A DNA stretch of 64,000 nucleotides from a bacterium (GTDB taxonomy: Bacteria > Patescibacteriota > Patescibacteriia > UBA9934): the NCBI GenBank assembly GCA_027592325.1, contig JAQCKO010000005.1, forward strand, positions 202 to 64,201, in the 5' to 3' direction. Made by a program: the position numbers and the translations under genes. How positions within the stretch are numbered: position 1 is the stretch's first letter; each line of letters starts with the position of its first letter. The notes below the pieces were generated by a model that ran no database searches, was not told the DNA's origin, and saw nothing but the letters and a program-made list of their open reading frames with translations. Of this stretch, positions 29,736 to 38,569 are shown piece after piece.

Positions 29736-30401
29736 TTAGAAGCCCAAACTGAGCAGCGCGGTGCAAGATGTACCTACAATAGCGTCACAAGCGGCAAAAG
29801 ATGGAGCGCTCACAAAAAAGAAGACATCAAAAGGTGTGAGAATTGAAATGATGACAAGCAGCATTAATACTTGCGGTCCATACGTTGCAATCGCGATACG
29901 AAGCTGCGCCCACCTGGGCGCGGTCAAAAGTGCATCAACAAGCTTCGATCCATCCAGCGGATGAATTGGAATGAGATTAAAAACAAGCAAAAACAAGTTG
30001 ATGAGCACCATCAAGGTGAGAAAAATATGCAGGAGCGAAAGCTCGGCACCCACACCAAGCAAAATACGCAAAGCCACCGCTGCGAGCAAAGAAAGAAGCA
30101 GATTCGAACCAGGACCTGCGAGCGCAATCTTCACCGCATCCCACCTCGGATTATTGAGATTGTACGGATTAAACGGCACTGGTTTTGCCCACCCGAATCC
30201 TAGGAGCAATAGCATCACAAATCCCATTGGATCAATATGTGCGAGCGGATTCAATGTCAAACGCCCCAGTGCTTCTGCCGTTTTATCACCAAGCCTGCTC
30301 CCCACAAATGCATGCGCAAATTCATGAACGGTTAATGCGGTTACTATGACAATAACCCAAATGAGCAGCAAGGCTGGATTCGAGAGTAAATTCAAAATCA
30401 T
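29736..30401 (-). CDS. Site-2 protease family zinc metalloprotease (M50)
   Basis: It has the HEFAH motif, LNPLAHIDPMG and a multi-TM topology. Confidence 0.8.
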   Translation of the reverse strand: MILNLLSNPALLLIWVIVIVTALTVHEFAHAFVGSRLGDKTAEALGRLTLNPLAHIDPMGFVMLLLLGFGWAKPVPFNPYNLNNPRWDAVKIALAGPGSNLLLSLLAAVALRILLGVGAELSLLHIFLTLMVLINLFLLVFNLIPIHPLDGSKLVDALLTAPRWAQLRIAIATYGPQVLMLLVIISILTPFDVFFFVSAPSFAACDAIVGTSCTALLSLGF

Positions 30402-30404
30402 ACC

Positions 30405-30602
30405 CTACTTTTTTACCGAATGTTTCGGATCTTTGCAAAGTTGATGTCGATATCTATCGCTTGTCACAATGAATCCATAAACCAAACTTGCAATCATAAA
30501 ACCGACAAGCAGCCCTAAAAATATTGGCGAATCAATGAGCATCATCACTTCTGTGCGCATAAGTTTTACCAGCGATTCAATGCCTAAAAGAAAATTATTC
30601 AT
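30405..30602 (-). CDS. Small hypothetical membrane protein
   Basis: The hydrophobic 2-TM ORF sits immediately upstream of the M50 protease with a 4-nt gap. Confidence 0.35.
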   Translation of the reverse strand: MNNFLLGIESLVKLMRTEVMMLIDSPIFLGLLVGFMIASLVYGFIVTSDRYRHQLCKDPKHSVKK

Positions 30603-30616
30603 GATAAAATTGTACC

Positions 30617-31201
30617 ATGCGTTTACGCCATTTTTTTCTCTATCAAAAACGAGCACTCGGCGTTCTTGCCTCCGTGCTTTTCATTGGCGGCATTGGGCAT
30701 TTTTTTGTGCTTGAACCAACACGCGTCAATGGTACTTCCATGGCGCCCGCGCTCGAGAACAATGAGCGTATTCTGATGGAAAAATTGAGTCTGCTTGTTC
30801 GCGCACCGAAACGCGGACAGCTTGTAGGGGCTTTCGACGCACGCAATGAGCTACTTCTCGTAAAACGCGTTATTGCGCTTCCGGGTGAGCAAGTGGTCAT
30901 TCGCCGCGATGGGCTATACATTGTTGACCGCTACGGCATAGAAGCAAAGCTTGATGAACCATATGTAGACCAAGCCTTAAAAACGCTTCCAAAATATGGG
31001 CAAGAAGCTGTCTATCCTCTGCTACAAGATCATCAGTATTTTCTCATGGGCGATAATCGCGAAAGCAGCGTAGATTCGCGATCATTCGGGGCCGTACATA
31101 GATCAAACATTGTAGGAACGATTTTACGCATTCCTCTGATTGGACGAATTGGTACTACTTCTGATCCTTATTCTGCCCTCACATCAGCACCAATCGACTG
31201 A
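30617..31201 (+). CDS. lepB: Signal peptidase I
   Basis: The catalytic-dyad context is present in the S26 boxes GTSMAPA, VKRVIALPGE and GDNRESSVDSR. Confidence 0.85.
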   Translation: MRLRHFFLYQKRALGVLASVLFIGGIGHFFVLEPTRVNGTSMAPALENNERILMEKLSLLVRAPKRGQLVGAFDARNELLLVKRVIALPGEQVVIRRDGLYIVDRYGIEAKLDEPYVDQALKTLPKYGQEAVYPLLQDHQYFLMGDNRESSVDSRSFGAVHRSNIVGTILRIPLIGRIGTTSDPYSALTSAPID

Positions 31202-32478
31202 AGTTTTCCAAGTAAGTCTTCGTATCCCCGTTCTAAATGATCGAGCCCATCAAGTTTTGACGTCCCTTCCGCAAGAAGCGCTGCAATGACATACGCGAGC
31301 CCCGCACGAATATCGGGCACGGTCATATTTGCTGCCTTGAGTGTACTTGCACCTTTAATAACTGCTGAGTGACGATAATTTTGATCTTTGAAGCGACAAG
31401 GAAGCTCTCCCAAACATTTCGCAAAAAGCGAAATGTCTGCTCCCATTTCATTGAGTGTCTCTGTATATCCAAAACGTTCCTGATAGACCGTTTCATGCAC
31501 CACTGACGTTCCTTCCGCCTGTGTCAGCACCACAACAAATGGTTGCTGCCAATCAGTAGAAAACCCTGGATAAGTGTCCGTTTCGAGTTGTATCCCCTTA
31601 TACGCTTTCTGCCCACCTTTGAACAAAATGCCATCTTCTTGAATGTGATATTCTCCACCGATCATCCGTACAGCATTTAAAAAGGTGATCATATCTTCAT
31701 GGCGAGCTCCTTTCGCAAAAATTTCACCGCCTGTTGCAAGCGCAATGCAACCATAACTCGCCGCTTCAAGCCTATCCGGAATCACCGTGTGCTCGCATCC
31801 GGATAGTTTTGAAACTCCTTGAATTTCAATATGTCGTCCAACGCCGACTTCAATGATCGCTCCCATTTTTTGGAGCATCATAATAAGGCTAATAATCTCT
31901 GGCTCAATCGCTGCATTTTTAATAACTGTTCGTCCTTTCGCGAGCACGCCAGCAAATAACACCGTCTCAGTCGCACCTACGGATGGATACGGCAACTCAA
32001 TGAGAGCACCTTTTAATCCGTCTATTGCAGACACAAAAAAATCATCCTCGCGCACGTCGATCTTTGCCCCCATTTTTTCAAGTGCCATGAGATGAAAATT
32101 GACAGGACGAGGACCAATTTTATCGCCACCCAGCGTTGGCACGGTCGCCTCACCAACGCGATGCAAGAGCGGAGCTACAAGCAAAATTGAAAGACGATTT
32201 TTTCTTGAAAGCGCCATCGCAGACGCATCGGCAATCGATTTTGTCTGCAATGTGAGCGTGTGATCAGTGAGGTCGGTCATGGCACCAACGGTTCCAATCA
32301 GCTCGCGCGCAATGTCGGTTTCTTGCTGAAGTGGACTATTGTGCAATTTTACAACTTCTTCCGTCAACGTACTTGCAATAATCATTTTACTCGCCGCATT
32401 TTTTGCCCCGGCAATTTGCACTTCACCGTTGAGGGCTTTCCCGCCGGTAATTGAAAGATATTCCATAGATATGCCCAT
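31168..32478 (-). CDS. murA: UDP-N-acetylglucosamine 1-carboxyvinyltransferase
   Basis: The EPSP-synthase-like fold and the GAKNAASK motif are present. There is a 34-nt convergent overlap with lepB. Confidence 0.9.
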   Translation of the reverse strand: MGISMEYLSITGGKALNGEVQIAGAKNAASKMIIASTLTEEVVKLHNSPLQQETDIARELIGTVGAMTDLTDHTLTLQTKSIADASAMALSRKNRLSILLVAPLLHRVGEATVPTLGGDKIGPRPVNFHLMALEKMGAKIDVREDDFFVSAIDGLKGALIELPYPSVGATETVLFAGVLAKGRTVIKNAAIEPEIISLIMMLQKMGAIIEVGVGRHIEIQGVSKLSGCEHTVIPDRLEAASYGCIALATGGEIFAKGARHEDMITFLNAVRMIGGEYHIQEDGILFKGGQKAYKGIQLETDTYPGFSTDWQQPFVVVLTQAEGTSVVHETVYQERFGYTETLNEMGADISLFAKCLGELPCRFKDQNYRHSAVIKGASTLKAANMTVPDIRAGLAYVIAALLAEGTSKLDGLDHLERGYEDLLGKLQSIGADVRAE

Positions 32479-32555
32479 AATCTCATGTTCTTCAAGGAGC
32501 GTCTAGGTTGCATCGCTTTGCTCGTTGAAGACGTTAACATCGTACGTTTCAAAAA

Positions 32556-32580
32556 AAAATCACCGAAGGTGAATAACTGG
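32556..32580 (-). terminator. Hairpin plus U9 about 100 nt upstream of the murA start (leader terminator or end of an sRNA)
   Basis: In minus sense ucaccuucggugauuuuuuuuu. Confidence 0.4.
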
Positions 32581-32799
32581 GCGCGGCGCGTAACGCGAAA
32601 TTTGGTTCATACCACATGTGGGCGTAGCGAGCAGCTTGCGATGGAAAGAGCCCTTGCCCCATCTATCGGTCGATTGCACACCATGAACCGCTGAATCCCC
32701 GAGTCTTTCGGTGTCTAGAAAGGGTCGAACAATGTGATCATCGTTTTTATTGGATTCTCAAAAAATGCTTAGCCAATTCGCGTGTACGCGCGGCGCATA
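32581..32799. mobile_element. MITE-like element with 19/20-bp terminal inverted repeats
   Basis: The left terminus is GCGCGGCGCGTAACGCGAA at 32581-32599. The right terminus TTCGCGTGTACGCGCGGCGC at 32777-32796 is its reverse complement with 1 mismatch and 1 indel. The interior is about 177 nt. Confidence 0.5.
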
Positions 32800-32815
32800 G
32801 TAAGCGTACCATACT

Positions 32816-32856
32816 CAAAAAGAAAACGCCCACGAAGGGCGGCTTCTTTTTTTTCG
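32816..32856 (-). terminator. Intrinsic terminator after ndk (also reads as plus-strand)
   Basis: The hairpin cgccc-acgaa-gggcg has T-runs on both sides. Confidence 0.6.
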
Positions 32857-32865
32857 CTCAACAGA

Positions 32866-33324
32866 CTATCCAAGATGGTATTGATCGGTCAGTTTGTCGT
32901 AGCTGAAAACTTCTTCTTCTTTGAAGAAGCGTTTGATTTCTTCTTGCGCATTCTCAAGTGAATCAGAAGCGTGCACAATATTACCGGCAACACTCATGGA
33001 GAAGTCTGCGCGCACAGTTCCTGCATCGGCTTCGAGTGGATTTGTCGCACCGTTGACCTTGCGTACTTCATCAATAGCTCCTACCCCTTCAAAAACGATT
33101 CCAACAACTGGTGTTTGCATCATAAATTCAACGAGCCCCTTGTAAAAGGGCTTATCAACGTGGTGATGATAGTGGTCTGCAAGAACGGTCTCGTCAAGAT
33201 GAATAAGCTTCATTGCAACAATTTTGAGACCCTTTCGCTCGAAGCGAGAAAGAACCTCTCCAACGCGTTCACGTTGAACCGCATCAGGTTTGATTAGGAC
33301 AAGCGTTTTTTGTACATCTGCCAT
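32866..33324 (-). CDS. ndk: Nucleoside diphosphate kinase
   Basis: QKTLVLIKPDAVQR, the NIVHASDS active-site motif and the catalytic His are present. Confidence 0.9.
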   Translation of the reverse strand: MADVQKTLVLIKPDAVQRERVGEVLSRFERKGLKIVAMKLIHLDETVLADHYHHHVDKPFYKGLVEFMMQTPVVGIVFEGVGAIDEVRKVNGATNPLEADAGTVRADFSMSVAGNIVHASDSLENAQEEIKRFFKEEEVFSYDKLTDQYHLG

Positions 33325-33377
33325 AAATAAGTGGTTATTTGACCGAAGACTACGCGTTATTGGCATTTTCGTCAATC

Positions 33378-34226
33378 TCAAAGTGAGAAAAAGTCAATGT
33401 CAACTCGTCCATTTTTTACACGTAAACGAATATCGCCATGCAGATCTGTGCGATATATCTCTGTTTCGATTTCATCAAGTCGTTCAAGAACCGCCGTGTG
33501 CGGATGACCATAATTGTTTTCTCCGACTGATATCACACTGATTTCAGGGTCGATATGTTCTAAAAAGGCACTTGAACTTGATGTATTTGAACCTTGATGC
33601 CCTACTTTCAATACATTTATATCGCCAAGATACGGCATAATTGCCAGCTCTTGTGATGTCCCAATATCCCCCGTGAACAAAAATTGTACCCCAACTGCCT
33701 CAAGAAGGTAGACAAGTGAACCATCATTTGGATTTTCCGGATGCTCTTCAACGTCAATCGGATACAGGAGCGTCATTTTTGCACGATCGCTAAGATCGAT
33801 TTCAGAGAGAAAATGTGGAATACGTCCAATGTCATCAATGATCCTCAAGAATTCTTGATAGGTCTTTGTGCCGTACTCTTGTCCGCTATAAAACATGTGC
33901 TCAACGCTATAGCGCTCTAAAATGTGATTCAATCCAGTGACATGATCAGCATGAGGATGAGTATTGATGAGATACTCAATCGTGCGGTCCCATGGCGGCA
34001 TGACGGCTCCAATTTTTTCCAATATCGCTTCATTTGGACCACCATCGATGAGTACTTGACCATTTGGACTGTCAATAAAAATTGCATCCCCTTGCCCAAC
34101 ATCAAATATCCAAACGACCACATCGGTTTTTGCCCCAAAGGTGCCCCTGACGGACGATTGAATGATTAGACTGCACAGGAATACCAGGGTAAGTCCGAAG
34201 AGCAATGTTAACTTGTCCCGATTCAT
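33378..34226 (-). CDS. Metallo-beta-lactamase domain protein corresponding to the ComEC C-terminal domain
   Basis: The HxHxDH motif (NTHPHADHV) is present. A 4-nt ATGA overlap links it to the upstream competence-domain ORF. Confidence 0.75.
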   Translation of the reverse strand: MNRDKLTLLFGLTLVFLCSLIIQSSVRGTFGAKTDVVVWIFDVGQGDAIFIDSPNGQVLIDGGPNEAILEKIGAVMPPWDRTIEYLINTHPHADHVTGLNHILERYSVEHMFYSGQEYGTKTYQEFLRIIDDIGRIPHFLSEIDLSDRAKMTLLYPIDVEEHPENPNDGSLVYLLEAVGVQFLFTGDIGTSQELAIMPYLGDINVLKVGHQGSNTSSSSAFLEHIDPEISVISVGENNYGHPHTAVLERLDEIETEIYRTDLHGDIRLRVKNGRVDIDFFSL

Positions 34227-35533
34227 AGATTGATCGCCGAAAATGGGAGTGATTCTAGTGTGCGAATCAGTTCAAGCATGAGGTGAAGAAGGCTCCACGT
34301 GATAGATTCGACCGGAACGACCAGTCCCAAAACGCCGAATAATATCGTGTACGGGATAAGCGGCAAGACCAGCAGATTCACAAGTGGGCTTATGAGGGAA
34401 AATCGATCAAAACTGAAGACGATTATCGGCAATGTTGCGGCTGTTGCTGCGAATGTTGATGCGGCAGAATCACGAATTGAAAATGCTTCGGGTAGGAATG
34501 CAAGCCAACGCGAAAATTTGTCCCCAAAATAGACAAGACCAATCGTCGAGGCAAACGAAAGTTGAAAACCGATATCGTCACGCAACAAAAGTGGATTTAT
34601 AAGAAGCATGATTGTCGCAGCGCAGAGAAGGAGAATGAGTGGCGCAGATCGGCGTCCAATTGTTCTTGCAATAAGCACAATCGCCCCCATAACCGCTGCT
34701 CGAATAATAGGCGCATCTCCCCCAGCGAGTACCGCATACACACCAATCCCAACCATAATTACGGCAAAAATTTGCTGGCGTTTGAAGCCTAGAAAAAAGA
34801 GCATCCCTGAAAGGATAATCACTATGATGGCAACGTTATACCCGCTTGCGGCAACAATGTGTGTGGTGCCCGTTTCTTGAAATCGATTCTCCCAGCTCTC
34901 AGAGAAATCAGCCTCACCAAAGAGAAGACCATACAGAAGTGTCGCATGTGGCTCGCCGTACGAACGGTCAATGTGCGTCTGTACTCCTGCACGGAAGCGA
35001 TCGAGCTGACCAAAGACTGTATTTTGCGAATCAGTAATAATCTGCCCTTGCGGTTCACAGATTGTATAGACGTGTTTTGCTGCGAGGAATCGATCATAAC
35101 GAAAACCGTCAAACGGCTCAGGTACTTCAAGCGCACAAAAGACATCTATCCTATCACCAGCAAATACATCAGCACCTGAGCGATCGCGGACAAGCACGCG
35201 ACCCGGCAATGTTGACGTTTTTACATAAATATCTTGTCGTCCGTAGCGATCATCGACACTCATAACGCGTCCTAAAACGGCTGCTGATCCATGCAACTCT
35301 GGAGCGGACGAGATGGCAAGTAAATATCGACCAAATCCGAATCCGGCGAAAATAAGACCGAGCAGCGCAAATGCAAAAGTCAACCTTGACCGAACAAGAA
35401 AAAGATAGACAAGTACAATCCCTATCGATACAAGCAAAAAGAACAGTCGTGCATCAAATGAAAATGATGCGATGAGCGTTCCGACGAGGAATCCCGATGC
35501 CGCTGCTACAATCCATTTGTAGCCTCCTTGCAT
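34223..35533 (-). CDS. comEC: ComEC/Rec2 competence membrane channel (DUF4131 plus competence domain), lacking its MBL domain
   Basis: It is multi-TM and contains the competence core motif GTTHIVAASGYNV. Confidence 0.75.
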   Translation of the reverse strand: MQGGYKWIVAAASGFLVGTLIASFSFDARLFFLLVSIGIVLVYLFLVRSRLTFAFALLGLIFAGFGFGRYLLAISSAPELHGSAAVLGRVMSVDDRYGRQDIYVKTSTLPGRVLVRDRSGADVFAGDRIDVFCALEVPEPFDGFRYDRFLAAKHVYTICEPQGQIITDSQNTVFGQLDRFRAGVQTHIDRSYGEPHATLLYGLLFGEADFSESWENRFQETGTTHIVAASGYNVAIIVIILSGMLFFLGFKRQQIFAVIMVGIGVYAVLAGGDAPIIRAAVMGAIVLIARTIGRRSAPLILLLCAATIMLLINPLLLRDDIGFQLSFASTIGLVYFGDKFSRWLAFLPEAFSIRDSAASTFAATAATLPIIVFSFDRFSLISPLVNLLVLPLIPYTILFGVLGLVVPVESITWSLLHLMLELIRTLESLPFSAINL

Positions 35534-36813
35534 AACCCAATTCCGTACACCGATAGACCTGCTAATGCAAGTCGATCTGCATCGAGAAAACTTTTTCCAT
35601 CAAAAACGACAGGTGCCGAGAGGAGTGAAGCAACCTGCTGCCAATGCACCCCTCGATATTCATCCCATTCCGTCATCACAAGCAGCGCATCTTTTCCGTC
35701 CAGCATTTTTATAGGATCTTCTGCGAATTCTATCGCCTCGCCAAGCTCTTTTTTTGCATTCAATGCAGCCTTTGGATCATGCGCAACAATCTTCGCACCA
35801 CGTTCAAGAAGAAGCGGAATCAAGCGAAGCGATGGCGATTCGCGCACGTCGTCGGTTCCCTTATTAAACGCGAGCCCCCAAATTGCCAGACGTTTTCCAT
35901 GCAACGGACCAATACGTTTTTCAATCATTACCACAAATCTCTGCGCCTGCTTTTCATTTACCTCAATCACCGGATCGATAAGCTTAGATTCATACCCCTC
36001 ACGACGTGCGGCATCGGAAAGTGCGATAACATCTTTTGGAAAACAGGATCCACCGAAGCCCGCACCCGAACGCAAAAATGCCTTGCCAATGCGGGGATCC
36101 GTTTCTAGTACCAATTTTACATCGGCCATTGAGGCATCAAACACATCGGCAATATTCGCAATCTCATTTACAAGCGACAGTCGCGCTGCAAGCATGGTAT
36201 TCGCGGCATACTTCGCAATTTGTGCGCTTTCCACCGACATCGTCAATATCGGCGCATCTATGCCCTGATACACCTGCTCAAGCACTTCCGCAACTTCTTC
36301 ATTTTCTGTTCCAATCACAATACGATCAGGCCTCATAAAATCACTCACCGCCGACCCTTCGCGCAAGAACTCGGGATTCGAGGCGATAGAGATTTGATCA
36401 TTATTGAGCCGCTCACGAAGTTGCGGCCGCGAACCTGGCGGGACGGTACTCTTTACACAAAGAATTGTTTTTTCAATACGCGATCCGACATCTTTCGCAA
36501 CGGCGAAGACGGATGACAAATCACAGCTTCCATCTGCTCGTCGGGGCGTTGGAACGCAAACAAAAACAACATCCGGATTTGGCATACCGCTCAGTGCATC
36601 TTCTATGCCAATATGAAATGTCAACTTCCCTGTATGAAGACCTCCTTCAACAAGTTCTTTGAGTCCGGGTTCGTAAAATGGTATCTCCCCTTCCTTCAGC
36701 TTCTCAACTTTCTCGTCATCAATATCTACGGCCGCAACCTGATGTCCGAGCGTCACAAGCCCCGCAGCCTGCACTAAACCAACGTATCCAGTTCCAACAA
36801 CCAAAATTTGCAT
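35506..36813 (-). CDS. UDP-glucose/GDP-mannose dehydrogenase family protein
   Basis: There is an N-terminal Rossmann fold (VVGTGYVGL) and the catalytic motif GGSCFPKD. Confidence 0.85.
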   Translation of the reverse strand: MQILVVGTGYVGLVQAAGLVTLGHQVAAVDIDDEKVEKLKEGEIPFYEPGLKELVEGGLHTGKLTFHIGIEDALSGMPNPDVVFVCVPTPRRADGSCDLSSVFAVAKDVGSRIEKTILCVKSTVPPGSRPQLRERLNNDQISIASNPEFLREGSAVSDFMRPDRIVIGTENEEVAEVLEQVYQGIDAPILTMSVESAQIAKYAANTMLAARLSLVNEIANIADVFDASMADVKLVLETDPRIGKAFLRSGAGFGGSCFPKDVIALSDAARREGYESKLIDPVIEVNEKQAQRFVVMIEKRIGPLHGKRLAIWGLAFNKGTDDVRESPSLRLIPLLLERGAKIVAHDPKAALNAKKELGEAIEFAEDPIKMLDGKDALLVMTEWDEYRGVHWQQVASLLSAPVVFDGKSFLDADRLALAGLSVYGIGLCKEATNGL

Positions 36814-36819
36814 ATATAT

Positions 36820-37578
36820 CTAGCTTAGCAAACTGCGGTGATCTGTCGACCCCTCATAGCGAAGCACATAGCGCGAGGAAAAACGAGGGCTGCACGCGGT
36901 ACATGAACGCTGATCATAGAAGCGTCGACCAGTTGTAACCATATGTCCATTTGGACAACGATAGCGATGCTGTTTGGGCAGAACACGATGCGCGCGCGTT
37001 GATCGATGGATGATATCGTCCTCAGAAAATGTAGATCGCCAATGCGCGCCTTCTATCGCGCGGGACACATTCACTCCTTTTCGCACACGCAGCACACCCG
37101 GATTCACGCCCTGTTTTAAATAACGCAATTGCAGCATTTCTTCTTTTGAACACGCTTTTGGTTCAAAGCCATTTTGAGATCGGTATTCCTGAACACAATC
37201 CGCAACATTTGTGTTGAATACACGCCCATGTGGCATGCGGCGCGCTTTTCCATCGAAAGCAGGAGCCATATGCCAAAGTTCGTGCATGAGCGTTTCAAGC
37301 AGTTCACCGCGAAGGCCATGGTTCTCAACAAGAAGTCCGGCGTTCAATTGCAATAAATAAATGATATCTCGATGTTGATAATGAAAGGTCGGGAACATGG
37401 GGCGGAATGTTGTGCCGTCATAGGCATGCCGAAGCGGAGTGAGCTTGCCATGGGTTCTAACGCCGCCTTTTTTGATGAAAACGAGCACTTGATCAGGTCG
37501 AATATGCGAAAGCCGCGGCACAACTTGTACCGCGTCTTTGATCATGCGTTCGATTGTCGCCGGGGCGTCGAAAGACAT
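36820..37578 (-). CDS. SprT-like zinc metalloprotease domain protein
   Basis: The HELWH (HExxH) motif is followed by a Cys-rich zinc-ribbon tail (YRCPNGH...CTACS). The gene lies in a GC-rich block. Confidence 0.4.
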   Translation of the reverse strand: MSFDAPATIERMIKDAVQVVPRLSHIRPDQVLVFIKKGGVRTHGKLTPLRHAYDGTTFRPMFPTFHYQHRDIIYLLQLNAGLLVENHGLRGELLETLMHELWHMAPAFDGKARRMPHGRVFNTNVADCVQEYRSQNGFEPKACSKEEMLQLRYLKQGVNPGVLRVRKGVNVSRAIEGAHWRSTFSEDDIIHRSTRAHRVLPKQHRYRCPNGHMVTTGRRFYDQRSCTACSPRFSSRYVLRYEGSTDHRSLLS

Positions 37579-37671
37579 AATTTGAGCGTAGCATGGATTG
37601 ACATCCAGATCGATTCATGTTAGAAAGAATGGTCCTTTCAAATCTCGTTCAACCCCTCACCTGAGGCCCAA

Positions 37672-38121
37672 ATGACTACCAACCATGAAGCCATCGATGA
37701 TCTGGTCGAGCTCTTCCGGCAAGCCTTCGATGCATCTAGGATGTGGCGTAAGGCCAACAGTATACTGTATCGGCTTGCCGACGGCTGCGGATCTGCACGA
37801 ATCACTCCCCGGAGTGAAGAAGAGGGCGCGCAACCACCAAGCGTAGTAATCGATATGCCTTGGAATCGTCAGCCCGGCACAACCGTTGTCGGCGTCTGCC
37901 TTGTCTTCCTGAATCACTACCCCTCGCGCATCGTCCTGCACAATGATGTTGCGCTGCACGAGGGTAAACCGTATGAAACCGATCTCACTGGTCAGACGCC
38001 CGAGGCGATCGTCGCGCGCGTAATGCAGCTCATCGAGCAGTGGTCTCGTGAGGGCAGGTTCAAGCGATGCGCGAGCCGCGAGCCATATCATCAACATTCT
38101 CTGGAAGATGATGGAAGGTGA
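37672..38121 (+). CDS. Hypothetical protein (frame ambiguous)
   Basis: This 149-aa ORF lies in a 58% GC block. An antisense ORF at 37657-38097 is of equal length. The plus-strand frame looks more protein-like. Confidence 0.25.
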   Translation: MTTNHEAIDDLVELFRQAFDASRMWRKANSILYRLADGCGSARITPRSEEEGAQPPSVVIDMPWNRQPGTTVVGVCLVFLNHYPSRIVLHNDVALHEGKPYETDLTGQTPEAIVARVMQLIEQWSREGRFKRCASREPYHQHSLEDDGR

Positions 38122-38443
38122 ACGTGGCGGCGCTGTGCGTATCTATGTCCAGCAACCGCACGTTGGAGGCCCGGGCCGTGATGAGGTGGATCCAATCGTA
38201 GCGCAAATAGCGGTCTACCTACGCCCTCGAACACGCCATCCGGCGCCGGTTCGGGGGCGTGTTTCGTTTTGGTTATTTGTAGAATGGAAAAAGTAGACAG
38301 TAGAAAGTGATAAAAGCGCACCGTAGTACGCTTTTATCATCCTGATCGAGCCTTTGGAGAGCTGAAGGATCTATTCGAATCGAGAGATTGCCACGTCGTT
38401 CACTACGTTCACTCCTCACAATGACAATTTGATATGTCCGAAT

Positions 38444-38569
38444 CAAAGAACGCCTCAGATTGCTTTAGATGCAGGTGCGCCCGCGAGCACCGAAATGTGC
38501 CGTACTGAGCGTACGGTGAATAAGGCGCGGAGCTGCAAGCCTGCAGATGAAATAATCTGAGGCGTCCTA
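38444..38569 (-). repeat. Copy 3 of the intergenic repeat family (divergent), enclosed in a 13-bp inverted repeat
   Basis: The element starts at the leuS TAG stop. In minus sense it reads TAGGACGCCTCAGATT...CATCTGCAGGCTTGCAGCTCCGCG.... The outer inverted repeat is gacgcctcagatt / aatctgaggcgtc. Confidence 0.55.

Noticed and set aside
32479-32815. SRP RNA or 6S RNA in the ndk-murA spacer
   Set aside because: There is no GGAA-tetraloop/AGCAGC domain-IV motif and no 6S-like central bubble. The terminal inverted repeats fit a MITE-like element better.
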